Source: Squalus acanthias (lineage: Eukaryota). Taken from it: a stretch of DNA of 64,000 bases. The stretch spans positions 8,310,001-8,374,000 of the forward strand of contig CM059433.1 in the NCBI GenBank assembly GCA_030390025.1, given 5' to 3'. The position numbers and the translations under genes are program-made. Position 1 is the stretch's first letter. Each line of letters starts with the position of its first letter. The notes under the pieces are model-generated. The model was not told the origin of the DNA. It was given only the letters and a program-made list of their open reading frames with translations, and did not search any database. This document shows, piece after piece, positions 60,991 through 64,000 of the stretch.

Positions 60991-61259
60991 AACCAGTTGA
61001 TTCAGTAGTCATAAGGGAACTGGGCAGATGGATGGTTTAGCAGGAAAGGGGTCTTAGAGTAGAAGAAAGGATGAATAAAAGATAGATGGTCGCGGGAACA
61101 GGACCTGGTTACTGGGGTGAACTGGATTGGTGGAGTAGCCTTTTTCTTGGTTCGTAGATTCTTATGGTTTAATGTTGTCAGTGACCATGTACAATGGCAA
61201 CAATAATCTCCATTTAAATTGAAAACGGGCAGCCAGCTAAGCTCTTCATGTTTGGAGAA

Positions 61260-61310
61260 ATCCGGTGGTCATGAAAGGCGCTATATAAATGCAAGTCTTT
61301 CTTTCTTTCA
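61260..61310 (+). mobile_element. DeuSINE 3' tail only
   Basis: tccggtggtcatgaaaggcgctatataaatgcaagtctttctttctttc. Confidence 0.7.
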
Positions 61311-61794
61311 TTAAAATACAGTGGCCCATCGAATATTGTTACCAGGTTATTTTCCAAGTCCTGCATCAAACCTACGGTCCAAAGTCCAGATAATAGTTAT
61401 AAGATAAGATCAGAAACTTAACGGAATCAGCATTTTTTTTTTCACTTCCTCGACAAATATCCCGAACATTTCATCATTTTTTTTTTAAATAGTAAAGTTA
61501 ATGATAAAAGTTATCAAAAAATGAATGAGTTTGGAAGATTGGCTGCTCTAAAGTCATGGAATCAATTTCCTCCAACAAAGAGCAGTCGCAGGAAGGCAAT
61601 TTGTTTTAACTTGAACTTCAAATTCAATGGAAATCAGCAGTTTCTGGTCCCATCGTCTGAATGGTGTAATTACTGGAGTTGCTTCACCGAGAACGAGAGA
61701 GACTGGGTTGAGTCTTGCTAACGAGCAGCCTCCTTCGATATTCTGCAGTTAAGCTGCCGTCCAGCGAGAAAGAAAGTGTCCAGCAGAAAATAGC

Positions 61795-62255
61795 CACTCC
61801 CACTCTGACCTCTCCGTCCTCGGCCTCTTACACTGTTCCAATGAAGCTCAACGTAAGCTCGAGGAACAGCACCTCATCTTTCGATTCGGCACTTTACAGC
61901 CTTCTGGACTCAACATTGAGTTCAACAATTTCAGACTATAACCCTGCCCCTATTTTTCCACATGGCAGCTGTTGATGATTCTGCCATCCCCATTTGCAAC
62001 ATTTAATCTCTCCTGCCTTCCACCCTATCACAGACCGTCCCTTTAGTTCCTTCCTCCCCTCCCTTCCCCCCCCCCGCCTTTCCCTGCCTCTGCACCTGCT
62101 TAAAACCTGTTACATCCCTAACTTTTTCCAGTTCTGACGAAGGGGCACAGACCTGAAATGTTGACTCTGTTTCTCTCTCTCCACAGATGCTGCCTGACCT
62201 GCTGAGTATTTCCAGCATTTTCTGTTGTAATTTCAGATTTCCAGCAGCCGCAGGA
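61795..62255 (+). mobile_element. Penelope-like element 3' fragment: GIY-YIG C-terminus + pLTR with degenerate hammerhead (62130-62166)
   Basis: 61795-61941 translates HSHSDLSVLGLLHCSNEAQRKLEEQHLIFRFGTLQPSGLNIEFNNFRL*, matching the R..E..I....T..P.GLN end of PLE GIY-YIG endonucleases. Confidence 0.8.
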
Positions 62256-62546
62256 TTTTGCTGTTGGATTAGTGTATGAAGCGCGATGGATCAAAGGGCT
62301 GCATCTGAAGAACTCCTTCACTGAACATGATGAAATTGTCATATCAAAGAGTGCAGTCTAAAGTGACTGAGTGTAACTTTCTGTAGTACTGAGCGCAGTA
62401 TTTTCCGTGGCGTTCCTTGATGGCGATAATTTCAAAGTTGAACAATTTTCCTGCTGTGAGACAACGTTTGAATCAAAAAGCATTTTATTTAGAAATCAGT
62501 GTGAGAGAAAATATAATGTATGTAAACACCAGCTGACAGTAGCATC

Positions 62547-63050
62547 TTCTTCCTTCTCAGGCAGTCCCTCGGAGCTGAGGATGACTTGCTTCCACACTAA
62601 AAATGAGTTCTCAGGTGACTGATGAGTCCAATGCGGGACCTACAGTCTCTGTCACAGGTGGGGCAGACGGTGGTTGAAGGGGCGGGTGGGTGGGGTGCTT
62701 GGATTGACGTGCGCTCCTTCCGCTGCTTGTGCTTGGCTTCCGCTCGCTCCCGGCGAAGAGACTCCAGGTGTTCGGCGCCTTCCCGGATGCTTCTCCTCCA
62801 CTTTGTGCGGTCTTGGGCCAGGGATTCCCAGGTGTCGGTGGGGATGTTGCACTTTTTCAAGGAAGCTTTGAGGGTGTCCTTGAAGCGTGTCCTCTGCCCA
62901 CCTGGGGCTCTCTTGCCGTGCCGGAGCTCCGAGTAGAGCGCTTGTTTTGGGCGTCTCGTATCGGGCATGCGGACAATGTGGCCCGTCCATCGGAGCTGAT
63001 CGAGCGTGGTCAAAGCTTCGATGCTGGGGATGTTGGACTGAGCAAGAACA
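62547..63050 (-). mobile_element. RTE-clade (BovB-like) LINE, 5'-truncated, young
   Basis: QLRWTGHIVRMPDTRRPKQALYSEL..GGQ..RFKDTLK open frame; perfect 14-bp TSD ctgacagtagcatc (62533, 63051). Confidence 0.88.
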
Positions 63051-63934
63051 CTGACAGTAGCATCGCGACCTTGGTTTCATATCACATGGAATAAAATGGC
63101 ACTTAGGGCCTTTCTGTTATAACATAATTTCAGCCCAAGTATGTGTCTTGAGTCACATGATGTTTCCATACACTTTCATCCTCTTGACCCACATTGGTCA
63201 CGTTGCCAGGGAGCACACGAGGCCATCTGGACCATATGGAATTTTGACAATTTTCACAGGCAAATCAGCAATTTTCACTGTGTTATTGAAAACAGTTTTC
63301 ACCTGATTGCGATAAAGCAAAAGTCCAATCTAATAGATCCCTCACTTTGGTTGGAGGCTGCACTCATTTACAAAATTCAGTAGTGGGATAACATTGGCCC
63401 TGCATCGATGGAACCTGGGTTTGAATCCAGCCCTGCGTTAAAAGTTTCCGTTCTCTGCTAATGGTGAGGGTCCGTTATAAAATGAGTTTAAAGGGCTTGA
63501 CCCAGTATCTAGTGGGTGAGGCCCACAATGCGAACTTCTCGCAGTTTGACACTAAATCGGCAAATTTCTTTCACAGAAGCCACAACAAGTGGGAGACGTC
63601 ACATTGGTGCGGTGATGTGTGCTCTTCCGAAGGTGCATAGTTTGTATTCCAGGACACCAGCTCTCTTATCCCAGTAGTAGAATTACAAACCCATGAAATA
63701 CGGTCTACAGGTCTGCTGCCAGGACAAAGAAGTTGGGTCGAACATTACAAGTGCTAGAATGCTGCTCTCCCAGACACCAAACTAAACCAGCCCAGTATAA
63801 AATTGTTCTGAAAAAAAGGTTTTACAGCAAACTGTTGAGTTAGTACTGTACATGGATGTGCTACACCCGATCTAGGAGTGCTTGACGTTGATATAAAGGC
63901 CCCGATATTAACTGGAAAGCCATGCGGAGCAGAT

Positions 63935-64000
63935 CTATGGCCTTGCCAACTTCCTTCCTGTCCCATTCACCACTCCCAACGCTGACCCTGTGGATTCTCC
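63935..64000 (+). mobile_element. Possible start of another L2 copy (cut by window edge)
   Basis: ctcccaacgctgaccctgtgga resembles 1780-1801, upstream of the L2 APE domain. Confidence 0.35.

Overview
Eukaryotic, repeat-dominated genomic DNA, most likely from a cartilaginous fish (shark). That assignment is inferred from the mix of SacSINE1-like DeuSINEs, CR1, CR1-Zenon-like, L2, RTE and Penelope-like elements. No intact protein-coding gene is recognisable, and there are no rRNA, tRNA or CRISPR loci. The dominant feature is a ~17.8-kb compound satellite, [GTGAACTGAA(GA)n], at ~5748-23570. It has internal higher-order duplications, a 16-bp direct repeat at both ends and a nearly stop-free minus strand, which is the source of the spurious 6037-aa ORF. 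The rest is a mosaic of decayed LINEs, SINEs, Penelope-like fragments carrying minimal hammerhead ribozymes, several MITE families (PIF/Harbinger-like and hAT-like, some with covarying internal hairpins), a G4-prone 34-bp minisatellite, nested insertions with readable TSDs, and an inverted duplication with template-switch scars. A few unrecognised minus-strand exon candidates flank the satellite (low confidence). Family names come from motif recognition only; no database search was run.
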